A stretch of DNA of 64,000 nucleotides from an uncultured Thiothrix sp. GTDB taxonomy: Bacteria > Pseudomonadota > Gammaproteobacteria > Poriferisulfidales > GCA-002705445. The number at the start of each line of letters is the position of its first letter. Within the stretch, counting starts at the first letter, position 1. Below the pieces are notes generated by a model. It was not told where the DNA came from, searched no databases, and worked only from the letters and a program-made list of their open reading frames with translations. Both the position numbers and the translations under genes were made by a program. The DNA lies in NCBI GenBank assembly GCA_902595225.1, contig CACJPG010000001.1, positions 149,161-213,160 on the forward strand, read 5' to 3'. Of the stretch, positions 31,751-43,147 are shown piece by piece.

Positions 31751-33103
31751 TTACTTATCTAGCAAAGTAACTTCTTTTTTATTATCCGTTTTACTTGAGT
31801 AAAGTGAGTAAGCACCAAATCTCATTTGATGTGCTCTTCCGAGTTTTTCTTTATAAAAATCTACAGTCCACTTGTGTGATAGTTCAAGTTTTTCGTCATC
31901 CCACTCATAAAGTTTTACCCACTGCATCTCACCATTGCTATCTTTATCCCAATTACCTAAAAGCGAAGTCGAGAAGTAAGCTCTCTTTCCATCCCAACTT
32001 TGAGATATCATGTTCACTTGACCTCCAATTTCCTCGCCATATTTTTGGACAGGGTTAAATGGGTCTGAAATATCAAAGTATCTTGCGTTTCCATCCATGA
32101 ATGTGTTAACCCAAAGACCTTGATCATCCGAGGTTATAGATATATCTACAGGTAAAGGAACTTTAGCTGGGTCACCGATGTCAGCTACAGCTTTTCCTTG
32201 CCACTCACCATTTTCATCTTCATAAATTAACCAAATTTTAGATGTAAGAGCTGTAGTAGTGAAACAATAATTATTGTTTGCTCCCCATGCGCATCTAATT
32301 TCTAAAGGTGCTCCAGGTACGTCAATAACTTTTTTAGGTTTTCTTGTGTGGAGATCCCAAACTACCATCGTATTACCAAATCTTTTCATAGCCTCACCAT
32401 CTTGAAGCATTTGACCAAAATCCATCATGTAATTTGACCAGCCAGTAAAAGATGAAGTAAGCATTATATTTCTTCTTGGCTGAACTCGAACATCGTAACC
32501 ATATCCATCAGCAAATTTACCCTCTTTCTTTGCACCTCTTAAATCACCATCTGTTGGTAACCAGTGCGAAGCAACGAACTCTCCCTTACTGTTGTATTCA
32601 GCTAGACCAGTTCTTCCGCCATTATCTTTATTATTAGAAAGGCCAGATACCATCATTCTGCCAGGTAAAGCATAGAATGTATGAGGCCCAACAATACCGC
32701 CAGTTTTTTCAACAAAATCGGTTATTACTTTGTGAAGAGTTGGTTTTCTTGGGTTTGAGTGAACATCAAAAATAAAAATTTTATTGCTATCTAAACCGCC
32801 AGCCCATAAGTAGTGTCTATCATCACTTAAACCAGAGTGGTGTGCCTCATTTCTACCACCTACAGATAAAACACTTACAACTTTTGAATATGTTTTTGAC
32901 TTAGGATTTACATCTATAGTAACAAGCTTATCCTGCTCATCACCCAGACCCTCAACACCTAAAGTCCAAACATAAACGTAATCTTCTTGTCCAACAATTT
33001 TAGCCATATATGGAGACATGCAAGTCTCATCAGCTAATGACATATTGCTCGAAACAAAAAATATAGCCCCTAGAATAGAGATCCCTAACTTTCTTAAATG
33101 CAT
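31751..33103 (-). CDS. mtoX: selenium-binding-protein-56 family protein, probable methanethiol oxidase
   Basis: 450 aa, full-length SBP56 homology with a Sec signal peptide. Neighbouring SCO1 and mauG genes match published mtoX loci. Confidence 0.85.
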   Translation of the reverse strand: MHLRKLGISILGAIFFVSSNMSLADETCMSPYMAKIVGQEDYVYVWTLGVEGLGDEQDKLVTIDVNPKSKTYSKVVSVLSVGGRNEAHHSGLSDDRHYLWAGGLDSNKIFIFDVHSNPRKPTLHKVITDFVEKTGGIVGPHTFYALPGRMMVSGLSNNKDNGGRTGLAEYNSKGEFVASHWLPTDGDLRGAKKEGKFADGYGYDVRVQPRRNIMLTSSFTGWSNYMMDFGQMLQDGEAMKRFGNTMVVWDLHTRKPKKVIDVPGAPLEIRCAWGANNNYCFTTTALTSKIWLIYEDENGEWQGKAVADIGDPAKVPLPVDISITSDDQGLWVNTFMDGNARYFDISDPFNPVQKYGEEIGGQVNMISQSWDGKRAYFSTSLLGNWDKDSNGEMQWVKLYEWDDEKLELSHKWTVDFYKEKLGRAHQMRFGAYSLYSSKTDNKKEVTLLDK

Positions 33104-33249
33104 AGCTTTTCCTCGTTCGTTATAGTTCTTGAATATTGTATTATGAACGATTAAGCTTTAACGTCAAGGTAATATGACATTTTTAGAATTTTTGCACATG
33201 TAAATTTTAGAAAAATCAGCAAAGTTTATAAAAAAAGATATTTCAGTTT

Positions 33250-33846
33250 ATGACAAAAATTAGTATATATATCAATATTTTAAAGAATTATATTAAGTAT
33301 TTTCCTATATTTATTGTTTTGTCGTTATCGCAAGCTCAGGCAGAAATTGGGGGCGATTTTACCTTAAGAGACTATAACAATAATAAGTATCACTTATACA
33401 GCTCATCAAAAGAAAAAGTTATTTTTTTTGGTTTTCTCAACTGCCCAGATATCTGTCCAACAACCCTCTCTGAAGTATCAAATTTATTAAAAAGATTGGA
33501 TGGCTTGTCAGATAAAATTGAACCAATTTTTATAACAGTTGACCCAACCAGAGATACTCCAGAGCTTCTAAAAAACTATCTTTCCTTTTTTGACAAACGA
33601 ATTATTGGACTCACAGGATCACAAGAGGAGATTGAGGAAGTGGCAAATAAATACCATGTTTATTACTCATATCAAGATAAAGAAACAAAAGAAGATTACA
33701 CTGTTAATCATACGGCAAATATTTATTTTCTTAACAAAGATAATAAGATCGAGAAAATTTTTATTCCTGGCACCCCGTTTTCAGAATTCTACAAGTATAT
33801 CAATAGATATTTAATGAAAGACGTCAAAAATTTACCGCTGCAATAA
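33250..33846 (+). CDS. SCO1/SenC copper chaperone
   Basis: Canonical FGFLNCPDICP motif, divergent from mtoX. Confidence 0.85.
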   Translation: MTKISIYINILKNYIKYFPIFIVLSLSQAQAEIGGDFTLRDYNNNKYHLYSSSKEKVIFFGFLNCPDICPTTLSEVSNLLKRLDGLSDKIEPIFITVDPTRDTPELLKNYLSFFDKRIIGLTGSQEEIEEVANKYHVYYSYQDKETKEDYTVNHTANIYFLNKDNKIEKIFIPGTPFSEFYKYINRYLMKDVKNLPLQ

Positions 33847-33847
33847 T

Positions 33848-34522
33848 TTATTTTTGCTTTATAAATTTAAAGATGTAACTTGCTATTAAGACTGATAAAG
33901 CTCCAGCAAAAGTAAACCAACTAATGGTTCCATATAAATCAATAGTAAGTATATCGGTCTGTATCATTTCTCCCCCAATCCAGCCTAATAAAATTCCTCC
34001 TAAGAGAATAATTTGAGGAAATTTATCAATCATCTTCAAAATTATTTTACTTCCCCATATTATAATGGGAATACTTAACAATAATCCAAATACTACAATA
34101 TAAATATTTCCATCTGCAGCTGCAGCAATAGCAAGAGAGTTATCTAAACTCATAACAAAGTCTGCGATTATTATAGTTTTTATAGCATTGAGTAATTTAT
34201 TATCTTGTTGAACCTGGATATTTTTTTTTTCGTTTATATTTTGATGATCAATACAGAGTTTAAAACCAATCCATATAAGAAGAATGCCCCCAATAATTTT
34301 TAGACCGTATATCGATAATAAATATGTTGCAAAGAAGACCATTAAAACTCTTAAGACTATTGCGCCAAGCGCACCATAGAATATTCCTAATTTTCTTTGT
34401 TTTTCAGGAAGATTTTTACAGGCAAGTGCAATAACAATTGCATTATCGCCACCAAGAACAATATCTATTGCGATAATTTGTAATATGGAAGAAAATTCTG
34501 GGCTATAAAAAAATTGTTCCAT
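33848..34522 (-). CDS. TerC-family integral membrane protein
   Basis: GGDNAIVIALACKNLP and DNSLAIAAAA TerC motifs. Confidence 0.8.
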   Translation of the reverse strand: MEQFFYSPEFSSILQIIAIDIVLGGDNAIVIALACKNLPEKQRKLGIFYGALGAIVLRVLMVFFATYLLSIYGLKIIGGILLIWIGFKLCIDHQNINEKKNIQVQQDNKLLNAIKTIIIADFVMSLDNSLAIAAAADGNIYIVVFGLLLSIPIIIWGSKIILKMIDKFPQIILLGGILLGWIGGEMIQTDILTIDLYGTISWFTFAGALSVLIASYIFKFIKQK

Positions 34523-34574
34523 AATTACGTAAAGTTATTTGTAAAAAAGACGTGATGAATTATTATATCAAGGC

Positions 34575-34916
34575 CTAAGATATCTTATCAATTTTGGCAG
34601 CAAGTATGAAATCGCTCTCAGCTAATCCTTGTATTGCGTGAGTATATATTTTTACATTTGCATAGCCCCAGCCAAACCATAAATCAGGATGATGCCCCTC
34701 TGACTCAGCTATTTCACCTACTTTATTTACAAATTCTTGGCTAGAAACAAAATTTTTAAATTTAAATTCTTTTATTAAGTAAAATTTATCTTTTTCGTCC
34801 TCTTTTACAGACCACCCATCAACTTTTTTTAAATACTCATTGATTTCATCTATTTTGAAGGCAGGAATCCCGCCCTCACAAGGAATACACTTCTTATTAT
34901 GTAGTTCGTCAGTCAT
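34575..34916 (-). CDS. phhB: pterin-4-alpha-carbinolamine dehydratase
   Basis: EGHHPDLWFGWGYANVKIYTHAIQGL signature. Confidence 0.85.
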   Translation of the reverse strand: MTDELHNKKCIPCEGGIPAFKIDEINEYLKKVDGWSVKEDEKDKFYLIKEFKFKNFVSSQEFVNKVGEIAESEGHHPDLWFGWGYANVKIYTHAIQGLAESDFILAAKIDKIS

Positions 34917-34970
34917 ACTTATTTAATGTAAATATTTTTTTAAACATAACATATCTAATGAATATTGCAA

Positions 34971-35795
34971 TTATGCCTTCTTAATATTAAAAGCAACGTC
35001 AATAGCTTGTTTATTTTGCCAAACATCGTGCACTCGGAAAATATTTATTCCTGCAACGACACCAAGTGCTGAAGTTGCGCAGGTTCCAGAAATTCTATCT
35101 TCAGGGTTATTTTCTTTCGAAATTTCACTGAAAAGCCTTTTTCTGCTTGCTCCGAGGAGAGTATTGAAACCTAGTGATGAAAAAATTTCTAGGTTATTAA
35201 GAATTTCTAAATTATGGTTTGTTGTTTTTCCAAAGCCTATCCCTGGATCTAAAATAATCTTATTTTTTTCAAGACCTAGCTCTGTGAGTTTAATCGCTTG
35301 CGCCATCAAAAAACTTTTTATCTCTTCAATAACGTTCTCATATGTAGGGTTATCCTGCATTGTTTTTGGAGAACCTTGCATGTGCATAATACAATAGTAG
35401 AGATTATTTTGTGCAATAAGAGGCATCATTTTTTCATCATCAGTACCCCCGCTTACATCATTTATCATTTCAACACCAAGATCTATAGCGGCTTGCGCGA
35501 CTTCAGATGAAGTTGTATCAACGCTAATAAGAATATTATTAGGTATTACCTTTTTTAACTGCGAAATAACATCAATTATTCTTCTCTTTTGCTCAATTGG
35601 AGGAACTCTTTCCGAGCCGGGCCTTGTCGACTCCCCTCCAATATCTATAATTTTTGCACCCTGCTCTATCATTATTAAAGCCCTATCAACAGCAGATTTT
35701 GTTGAAGGATAGGCTCCACCATCTGAGAAGCTATCAGGAGTCACATTTAGAATTCCCATTATAATTGGACTACTAAAATCTAAATTATTTTCCAT
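34971..35795 (-). CDS. folP: dihydropteroate synthase
   Basis: GILNVTPDSFSDGG and DIGGESTRPG motifs. Confidence 0.9.
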   Translation of the reverse strand: MENNLDFSSPIIMGILNVTPDSFSDGGAYPSTKSAVDRALIMIEQGAKIIDIGGESTRPGSERVPPIEQKRRIIDVISQLKKVIPNNILISVDTTSSEVAQAAIDLGVEMINDVSGGTDDEKMMPLIAQNNLYYCIMHMQGSPKTMQDNPTYENVIEEIKSFLMAQAIKLTELGLEKNKIILDPGIGFGKTTNHNLEILNNLEIFSSLGFNTLLGASRKRLFSEISKENNPEDRISGTCATSALGVVAGINIFRVHDVWQNKQAIDVAFNIKKA

Positions 35796-36702
35796 TTGTT
35801 ATACCTAGATTAAATATATTAATTTCTTTACCAACATCAAGAGACATTAAATCATAAGAGAATATAACTTCACCTTTATAGTCTTTTTTTATTTTTTCTA
35901 AAACGCTTTTTTCGCTCACACCAAATAATAACGCATGATTTAATATAGTCAATTTTGGTTTAGTTTTTTTAAGAATAGATATTAATTGCTTAACAGTTGT
36001 ATGTGTAGCAGCAACATCTCTAAGCTTTTTATTTTTTTCATAAATTTTATCAGACATTGCAATTACCTCATGAATAAGTATATCTGCATCTTTTGCGTTG
36101 CTTAATACATTCTCAGACACTGATGTATCTCCCGAATATACGATCTTTTTATCTTGAAAGCTAATTCGAAATCCATAAGAATTATCCACATGACCATGAT
36201 TATTTTTAAAGCTGGAAATATTTACCGAGGATTTAGCTTTATTGTCCTCATAATTATCAAAATTAAAACAAACTAATTTTGAATAGCTTTTTTCTTTCAA
36301 CCTATACTTTAAATCTAATTTATACGCCTCATAAATATTATTACAAAATTTTTTAACTCCAGCAGGACCAAAAACAAATGTGTTAGTCTTCTTTTGCCAT
36401 AAATTACTCGTCAACCATAAATCTGGTAAGCCTATAGTATGGTCAAAATGAAAATGAGATAAATATATCTCATTTATTTTTGAAAAATCATTTCCTATTT
36501 GATTCAGCCTTAAAGTTGTCCCTCTTCCCACATCAATTAGAGACTCATAATTTTTATGTTTTATTAGTAAGGATGGGCCAAGCTTTTCAATATTTGGTCT
36601 TGGAGTACCCGTCCCTAGGAAAGTTATATTTAAAACGTCACTTGCATGAGCATAATTAAAAAATATTAAAAAAATAAAAAAGTATCTAATCATTTGTATC
36701 AA
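35785..36702 (-). CDS. MBL-fold metallo-hydrolase (secreted)
   Basis: HFHFDHTIG metal-binding motif, N-terminal signal sequence. Confidence 0.7.
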   Translation of the reverse strand: MIQMIRYFFIFLIFFNYAHASDVLNITFLGTGTPRPNIEKLGPSLLIKHKNYESLIDVGRGTTLRLNQIGNDFSKINEIYLSHFHFDHTIGLPDLWLTSNLWQKKTNTFVFGPAGVKKFCNNIYEAYKLDLKYRLKEKSYSKLVCFNFDNYEDNKAKSSVNISSFKNNHGHVDNSYGFRISFQDKKIVYSGDTSVSENVLSNAKDADILIHEVIAMSDKIYEKNKKLRDVAATHTTVKQLISILKKTKPKLTILNHALLFGVSEKSVLEKIKKDYKGEVIFSYDLMSLDVGKEINIFNLGITNGK

Positions 36703-38512
36703 TTTTCAAAACAGCCATAAAAGCTTCCTGTGGTAGCTCAACTTTTCCTACCTGTTTCATTCTTTTCTTCCCAATTTTTTGCTTTTTTAATAACTTCATT
36801 TTTCTAGTAACGTCACCTCCGTATAACTTTGCAGTAACATCTTTTCTAAAAGCTTTTGTTGTCGCACGAGATATTATCTGAGATCCAATTGCGGCTTGAA
36901 TTGCTATGTCAAAATTTTGTCTTGGTATAACTTCTTTCATACCATTAACAAGCTTCCTTCCAATGCTTTGTGATCTTGATTTATGAACAATTAATGATAA
37001 TGCGTCAACTTTCTCGCCATTTATCAGGATATCTAATTTTTGGAGTTCGGATTTTTCAAATGAGTGCACATAATAATCAAAAGAGGCATAACCCTTGGTA
37101 CAGGACTTTAATTTATCAAAAAAATCTAGAACAATTTCATTGAGTGGCATTAGGTATTCTATTAATGCTTGATTACCAACGTATGAGATTTTTATCTGCC
37201 TTCCTCTTTTTTGTTCACATAAAGTAATTACATTTCCAATAAACTCGTTTGGTACAAGCATGGATGAACAAATAATAGGCTCATGAATTTCTTCAATCAT
37301 CGAAGCGTCCGGTAAATCACTTGGGTTATCAACTTCAATAAAGTTACCCTTTTTAAGTAAAACTTTGTAAATCACAGTAGGAGATGTTGAAATGAGATTT
37401 AGTTTGTATTCTCTTTCTAACCTTTCTTGAATAATTTCCATATGAAGCATTCCTAAAAACCCGCAACGAAAGCCATGACCTAAAGCCTTAGATGTTTCTG
37501 GCTCATAGTCAAAAGAAGAATCATTTAATTCTAACTTTTCAAGAGCATCTCTAAAGTCTTTATAATCATCACTATTTATAGGAAAGAGTCCTGCAAACAC
37601 CTTTGGCTGAATTTCTTTAAATCCTTCGAGAGCTTCACTTTCACTGTCATCAAAAGCGACAATTGTGTCGCCAACCTTTGCAGAAGCAATATCTTTAATT
37701 CCTGCAACCAGATAACCAACTTCTCCTTCATTAATTTTTTGAAGTTTATTTACTTTTGGAGAATAGCAGCCGAGCTCTTCTACTTGATAAGAAACACCAG
37801 TTGAATATAGTTTAATTTTTTGTTTTAAATATAACGAGCCATTTATTACTCTCACTAAAGAAACTATCCCCAAATAATTATCAAACCATGAATCAATTAT
37901 TAACGCTTTTAGTTTTTTATCTTCTGTTCTTTTTGGGGCTGGAATTTTATTAATTATCATTTCAAGCAAATCTTCAACACCTTTTCCGGTTTTTGCGCTT
38001 ACCTCAAGTGCATCTTTTGTATCTATTCCAATAATTTCAGTAATTTGCTCTTTCACTAATTCTGGATTTGCTGAACTAAGGTCTATTTTGTTTAGGACTG
38101 GAAATATTTCTAGGTTAAGGTCAACTGCTTTATAGCAATTTGCAACGCTTTGTGCCTCAACACCTTGAGATGCATCAACAACTAACAAAGCTCCTTCACA
38201 AGCTGCTAAAGACCGTGATACCTCGTAAGAAAAATCTACATGTCCAGGTGTATCTATAATATTTAATTGATATGTTTTACCATTTTTGGCTTTGTAATGC
38301 AGTCTAACGCTTTGAGCTTTTATTGTAATTCCTCTCTCCTTCTCAAGATCCATTGAATCTAGAATTTGAGTACTCATCTCTCTATCTGATAAACCTCCAC
38401 ATATTTGAATAAAACGATCTGCAAGCGTTGATTTACCGTGATCAATATGTGCGATTATTGAAAAGTTTCTAATTAATTCACTATTAGATTCAGACACTGT
38501 AAATTTACTCAA
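36686..38512 (-). CDS. lepA: elongation factor 4
   Basis: GTPase motifs [21 protein letters not shown] plus a LepA C-terminal domain. Confidence 0.95.
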   Translation of the reverse strand: MSKFTVSESNSELIRNFSIIAHIDHGKSTLADRFIQICGGLSDREMSTQILDSMDLEKERGITIKAQSVRLHYKAKNGKTYQLNIIDTPGHVDFSYEVSRSLAACEGALLVVDASQGVEAQSVANCYKAVDLNLEIFPVLNKIDLSSANPELVKEQITEIIGIDTKDALEVSAKTGKGVEDLLEMIINKIPAPKRTEDKKLKALIIDSWFDNYLGIVSLVRVINGSLYLKQKIKLYSTGVSYQVEELGCYSPKVNKLQKINEGEVGYLVAGIKDIASAKVGDTIVAFDDSESEALEGFKEIQPKVFAGLFPINSDDYKDFRDALEKLELNDSSFDYEPETSKALGHGFRCGFLGMLHMEIIQERLEREYKLNLISTSPTVIYKVLLKKGNFIEVDNPSDLPDASMIEEIHEPIICSSMLVPNEFIGNVITLCEQKRGRQIKISYVGNQALIEYLMPLNEIVLDFFDKLKSCTKGYASFDYYVHSFEKSELQKLDILINGEKVDALSLIVHKSRSQSIGRKLVNGMKEVIPRQNFDIAIQAAIGSQIISRATTKAFRKDVTAKLYGGDVTRKMKLLKKQKIGKKRMKQVGKVELPQEAFMAVLKIDTND

Positions 38513-39929
38513 TTTTAATAGCTAAATATATAGAATTACCTTGAGATCTTCTTACCAAAAGTGGTGCAAAGTCACCTTTCTTCATTTTTTTTACAAGTTT
38601 CTCAAAATGCTGTGTACTTTTAATATCGTTTCCTGACATTTGGTATATTATATCGTTTTTCAAAAGACCAGCTTCATAGGCAGGGTTACCTATTATATCT
38701 ATCACTTTAATTCCATAAATACCGTCTTTTCCAACACTATTTTTTTCTTTATCGTTTAGATCGGAGATTGTCATACCCAAGACCTTTTTAATTTTTGGTT
38801 TTGTATTTTTTATCTCTTTACTCGATACTTTTTGTACAGGAAGCTCCATAACTTTAAATTTTATTATTTTCTTAACACCATTTCTTAAAATTTCAATTTT
38901 AACATTTTTGCCAATCCTTGTATTACCAACAATTGGTGGAAGAGAAGATGACGATTCAATTTCTTTTCCGTCAAATTTTAAAATTATATCTCCAACTTTA
39001 AGATCTGTTTTTGCTGCTGGGCCATCTGGAATTATTCTTGAGATTAAAGCTCCTGAGGGCTTTTTCATTCCAAAAGATTTGGCCAAATTATTTGTTACCT
39101 CCTGAATATAAACACCGAGCCAACCTCGAGAAACTTTACCTGTTCTTTTTAACTGACTTATGACATTACTTGCTACGTCCATCGGTATTGCAAAAGATAA
39201 TCCCATAAATCCACCAGACCTACTGAAAATTTGTGCATTTATTCCTACAACCTCACCATTTAAATTAAAAAGTGGTCCTCCAGAATTTCCTGGATTTATC
39301 GCAACATCTGTTTGGATAAAAGGAACATAATTATCGTTTGGAAGACTTCGGTTAATTGCACTTACAATTCCAGCTGTAACAGTACTTTCAAAGCCAAATG
39401 GTGATCCAATAGCCAGAACCCACTGTCCAACTTTTAAATCTTTAGAATTTCCAATCTTTACTGGTTTTAGATTCCGGGCTTTTATTTTTAAAAGAGCAAT
39501 ATCACTTGATGGATCCGATCCAATTAAAATGGCGTCAAGTTCTCTTTTATCATTAAGCTTTACAATTATTTGGGTAGCGTCAGCTATTACATGATGATTA
39601 GTTATTACATATCCGTCAGAAGAATATATAAATCCTGATCCCATTGACTGGGAATTTCTAGGAGGGTTTTTATCTGGATTACCAAAGCCCTTATCACCAA
39701 AAAATTTTTTTAAAAACTCATTTAATTCATCATTTGGAACTTGGGGAACAGAGTTTGAGTTATTTTTATTCGCTCCTTTTCTAACAGTGCTGATATTTAC
39801 AATACTGGAACTGTTATCTTCCACTAGCTTGGTAAAGTCTGGCAGGCTGTGGTTTCCTGCAAAAGCTTGCGAAAAAAATATAAAAATAGTAATGAAGCTT
39901 AATATTATGGTTTTTGATACATTTCTCAT
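38505..39929 (-). CDS. degP: periplasmic serine endoprotease DegP/HtrA (Do family)
   Basis: Trypsin-like catalytic triad region (GNSGGPL) followed by two PDZ domains. Confidence 0.9.
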   Translation of the reverse strand: MRNVSKTIILSFITIFIFFSQAFAGNHSLPDFTKLVEDNSSSIVNISTVRKGANKNNSNSVPQVPNDELNEFLKKFFGDKGFGNPDKNPPRNSQSMGSGFIYSSDGYVITNHHVIADATQIIVKLNDKRELDAILIGSDPSSDIALLKIKARNLKPVKIGNSKDLKVGQWVLAIGSPFGFESTVTAGIVSAINRSLPNDNYVPFIQTDVAINPGNSGGPLFNLNGEVVGINAQIFSRSGGFMGLSFAIPMDVASNVISQLKRTGKVSRGWLGVYIQEVTNNLAKSFGMKKPSGALISRIIPDGPAAKTDLKVGDIILKFDGKEIESSSSLPPIVGNTRIGKNVKIEILRNGVKKIIKFKVMELPVQKVSSKEIKNTKPKIKKVLGMTISDLNDKEKNSVGKDGIYGIKVIDIIGNPAYEAGLLKNDIIYQMSGNDIKSTQHFEKLVKKMKKGDFAPLLVRRSQGNSIYLAIKIE

Positions 39930-39983
39930 ATTTGCCTTAGTGTAAAAATTATATTAGATTATACTTATTCTATCACAAAGGTT

Positions 39984-41643
39984 ATGAAATATTTTAAAAC
40001 AGGTTGAAAAATTAAGAGATTTTGATGTACTAATAATTGGAAGTGGTGCAGCAGGCAATAGTTTAGCTCTTCAACTTCCGCAATCCATGTCTGTAGCCTT
40101 AATTTCAAAAACCCAGCTTCATGAAGGCAGCACATATTATGCACAAGGAGGTATATCTGCTGTTTTAAGCAAAATTGATTCAATTGACCAGCATGTAGAG
40201 GATACAATGGAGGCTGGAGCTGGTTTATGTAAAGAACAAGTTGTAAAAGCTGTTGCAAAAGATTCAAAAAAAATAATTGAGTGGCTATTAGAGCAAGGTG
40301 TAAAGTTTACAAAAAATAATTCAGGTTCAAGCGAAAAATTACACCTTACAAAAGAAGGTGGGCATACACATCCTAGAATAGTGCACGCTGCAGATAAAAC
40401 TGGTGAAGCAATTCAAGAAAGTCTAATTGACAAATTAAAGAAAAAAATTAATGTAGAAATCTACACTCATCATGTTGCTGTTGATTTAATTACTGAAACC
40501 ATCAATGACAGATCGAAAAAAAAATGTATTGGCGCATTCATTTTAAATACTAAAAATAATATCGTTGATACTTTCAGAGCCAAATACATAATTATTGCTA
40601 CAGGTGGCGCTAATAAAGTTTATTTATATACAAGTAACCCAGACACATCTTCTGGTGACGGAATTGCGATGGCCTATAGAGCTGGCTGCAACATATCAAA
40701 TATGGAATTCATGCAGTTTCATCCTACATGTTTATATCATCCAAAAGCTAAATCTTTTTTAATTAGTGAGTCTCTTAGAGGTGAAGGTGGAAAATTGGTC
40801 CTTCCTAATGGTGATGAATTTATGCATAAATATGATTCTAGAGGTGTCCTTGCGCCAAGGGATATTGTCGCTAGAGCAATTGATAGTGAAATGAAGAATC
40901 ATGGCCTTGACTACGTTTTGCTAGACATTTCTCATGAAAAATCCTCATTTATAAAAAAAAGGTTTCCTAATATTTATAAAAAATGTCTTGAATTTAATAT
41001 TGATATTACAAAAGAAGCAATACCAGTCGTTCCTGCTACCCACTATACTTGTGGAGGAATTGATATTGATATAAATGCAAGAACAAACATAAGTAATCTT
41101 TACGCAATAGGGGAAGTTGCCCACTCAGGCCTTCATGGAGCAAATAGAATGGCAAGCAACTCACTATTAGAATGTATTTATTTCTCAAAAAAAGTTTTAA
41201 AAGATATAGAAAAGAAAAATCGTAAAAAAGTAAATGAAAAAAAAGATATCTTAAAAAATGATTTAAATTACTTAACAAAATTTAAAAAAGATAATTATGA
41301 ATCAGTGATCATTAAACACTTGTGGAAAGAAATAAGAACCTTAATGTGGGATTATGTTGGTATAGTAAGAACTAATGAAAGACTCTTAAAAGCAAAAATT
41401 AGGACTTCAATATACAAGAAAGAGATTGAAGATTTTTTTGAAAGCAAAACTATATCTAGTGACATAATAGAGCTAAGAAATTTAATTTATATAGCAGAAA
41501 TTATAATTATTTCAGCGCTTTCAAGAAAAGAAAGTAGAGGCCTTCATTATAATTTAAACTTTCCAAATTCAGACAAAGCTCCAAAAGACACTATAATCAA
41601 TATAAATAAAAAAAATAAACTTAAGCTATATCAAGAAAAATAG
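39984..41643 (+). CDS. nadB: L-aspartate oxidase; the N-terminus needs a +1 frameshift or a non-canonical start
   Basis: ORF track 40087..41643. The FAD-binding [11 protein letters not shown] motif is encoded in the same frame upstream of that ATG, with no ATG/GTG/TTG in frame. The ATG at 39984 (MKYFKTG then TGA) is one base out of frame. Confidence 0.8.
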
Positions 41644-42166
41644 CATTTCTATAATGCTTTAATTCTTCAATAGAATCTTTTATATCTTCCAAGGCTATGT
41701 GCTGAGGGTCTTTCTTAAATTTTTTATCGGGATACCATCTATTAACAAGCTCTTTTATAGTACTTACATCAAGATTTCTGTAATGAAAAAAATCCTCAAG
41801 AACAGGCATGCATCTCGCTAAAAATCTTCTATCTTGACAAATACCACTTCCACACATGGGAGACTTATTCTTTTCAATATATTTAGTTAAGAATTCAATT
41901 GTCATTTGCTGAGCATCATTATAGGTATAAGAGCTATTTTTAATTCTCTCAACCAAACCTGATTTATTATGCTGGTTTGTATTCCACTCATCCATAGCTT
42001 CTATATCTTCGATTGGTGTTTGAATTGCAATAACAGGTCCTTCCTCTAAAATGTTTAATTCTTTATCTGTGACGATAGTAGCTATCTCGATAATTCGGTC
42101 TTTAAATGTATTTAAGCCAGTCATTTCTAGGTCTATCCAAACTAAGTTTTGAGGGTTTTTATTCAT
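41621..42166 (-). CDS. orn: oligoribonuclease
   Basis: [11 protein letters not shown] DEDDh exonuclease motif, 181 aa. Confidence 0.9.
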   Translation of the reverse strand: MNKNPQNLVWIDLEMTGLNTFKDRIIEIATIVTDKELNILEEGPVIAIQTPIEDIEAMDEWNTNQHNKSGLVERIKNSSYTYNDAQQMTIEFLTKYIEKNKSPMCGSGICQDRRFLARCMPVLEDFFHYRNLDVSTIKELVNRWYPDKKFKKDPQHIALEDIKDSIEELKHYRNAIFLDIA

Positions 42167-42206
42167 ATATTTATTATAATACAGTAATCTTTTTTAGTTT
42201 AGAAAA

Positions 42207-42803
42207 TTAATAAAGAGTTCTTTTCTCAAAAGCTTTAGAAAGAGTTCTTTGATCAAGATATTCAAGCTCTCCTCCCACAGGAACACCTTGTGCGAGTCTG
42301 GTAACTTTAATAGAATTTTTTAATGCAATATCACTTATAACATGTGCTGTTACATCGCTTTCAACAGTATAGTTAACTGCTAAGATAAGTTCTTTAACTA
42401 AACCGGAGGAGAGTTTTTCATTTAGCATATCGAGACCAATTTCATTTGGACCAATACCATCAAGTGGAGATAGTCTACCAAGAAGAACAAAATATTTGCC
42501 ATTATAATTTGTACTATTTTCTATATTCATTATATCAGCTGGACTTTCGACAATACATAATAAATCATCGCTTCTTGACGGATCTGAGCATATATCACAT
42601 AAATCCCCTTGGCATAAGGTACGACAAGATTTACAGTTTTTCGTTTTTAGAACCGTCTCTTTCAAAACATCAGACAAATTTAAAGCATCATCTTTTGCTC
42701 GCTGCAGTAAAAAATATGTCATTCTTTGAGCAGTTTTCGTACCAACACCAGGTAAACACGTTAAAGCATTTATCAAATCTTCAATAAGGTTTTTTTTGCT
42801 CAT
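42207..42803 (-). CDS. recR: recombination protein RecR
   Basis: HhH motif, C4 zinc finger (CKSC...CDIC) and Toprim domain. Confidence 0.9.
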   Translation of the reverse strand: MSKKNLIEDLINALTCLPGVGTKTAQRMTYFLLQRAKDDALNLSDVLKETVLKTKNCKSCRTLCQGDLCDICSDPSRSDDLLCIVESPADIMNIENSTNYNGKYFVLLGRLSPLDGIGPNEIGLDMLNEKLSSGLVKELILAVNYTVESDVTAHVISDIALKNSIKVTRLAQGVPVGGELEYLDQRTLSKAFEKRTLY

Positions 42804-42808
42804 AATAA

Positions 42809-43147
42809 TTAAAAAGGTAAATCTGTTGGAATACCTTGTTTTGATAAAGCTGATAATTTCTCAGATGACATTTTATCAACTTCTTTATTACCTTTATTAA
42901 TAACTGCTTTTAACTGATCTTCTAACTTATTTATATTATTGGTATCTATAGATTCAGAAATAGTTAGTTTCTGAACTAAGTGGTCTCCACTAATTACCAA
43001 AGATATACTGTTATCATCATTAGTAACTGTAATATTTGTTTTAGAAATTTCTTTTTTTAATTTCTTCATGTCTTTTTTCATTTTTTGAGCCTGCTTCATT
43101 AACCCCATCATATCGCCCATACCACCAGGTCCTTTAAACATAATCAA
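42809..43147 (-). CDS. ybaB: nucleoid-associated protein YbaB/EbfC
   Basis: 112 aa, conserved dnaX-ybaB-recR order. Confidence 0.85.
   Translation of the reverse strand: MIMFKGPGGMGDMMGLMKQAQKMKKDMKKLKKEISKTNITVTNDDNSISLVISGDHLVQKLTISESIDTNNINKLEDQLKAVINKGNKEVDKMSSEKLSALSKQGIPTDLPF

Noticed and set aside
39965-40267. 100-aa Q/L-rich ORF on the minus strand overlapping the nadB 5' end
   Set aside because: It overlaps the conserved FAD-binding region of nadB on the opposite strand, is low-complexity, and has no homology.
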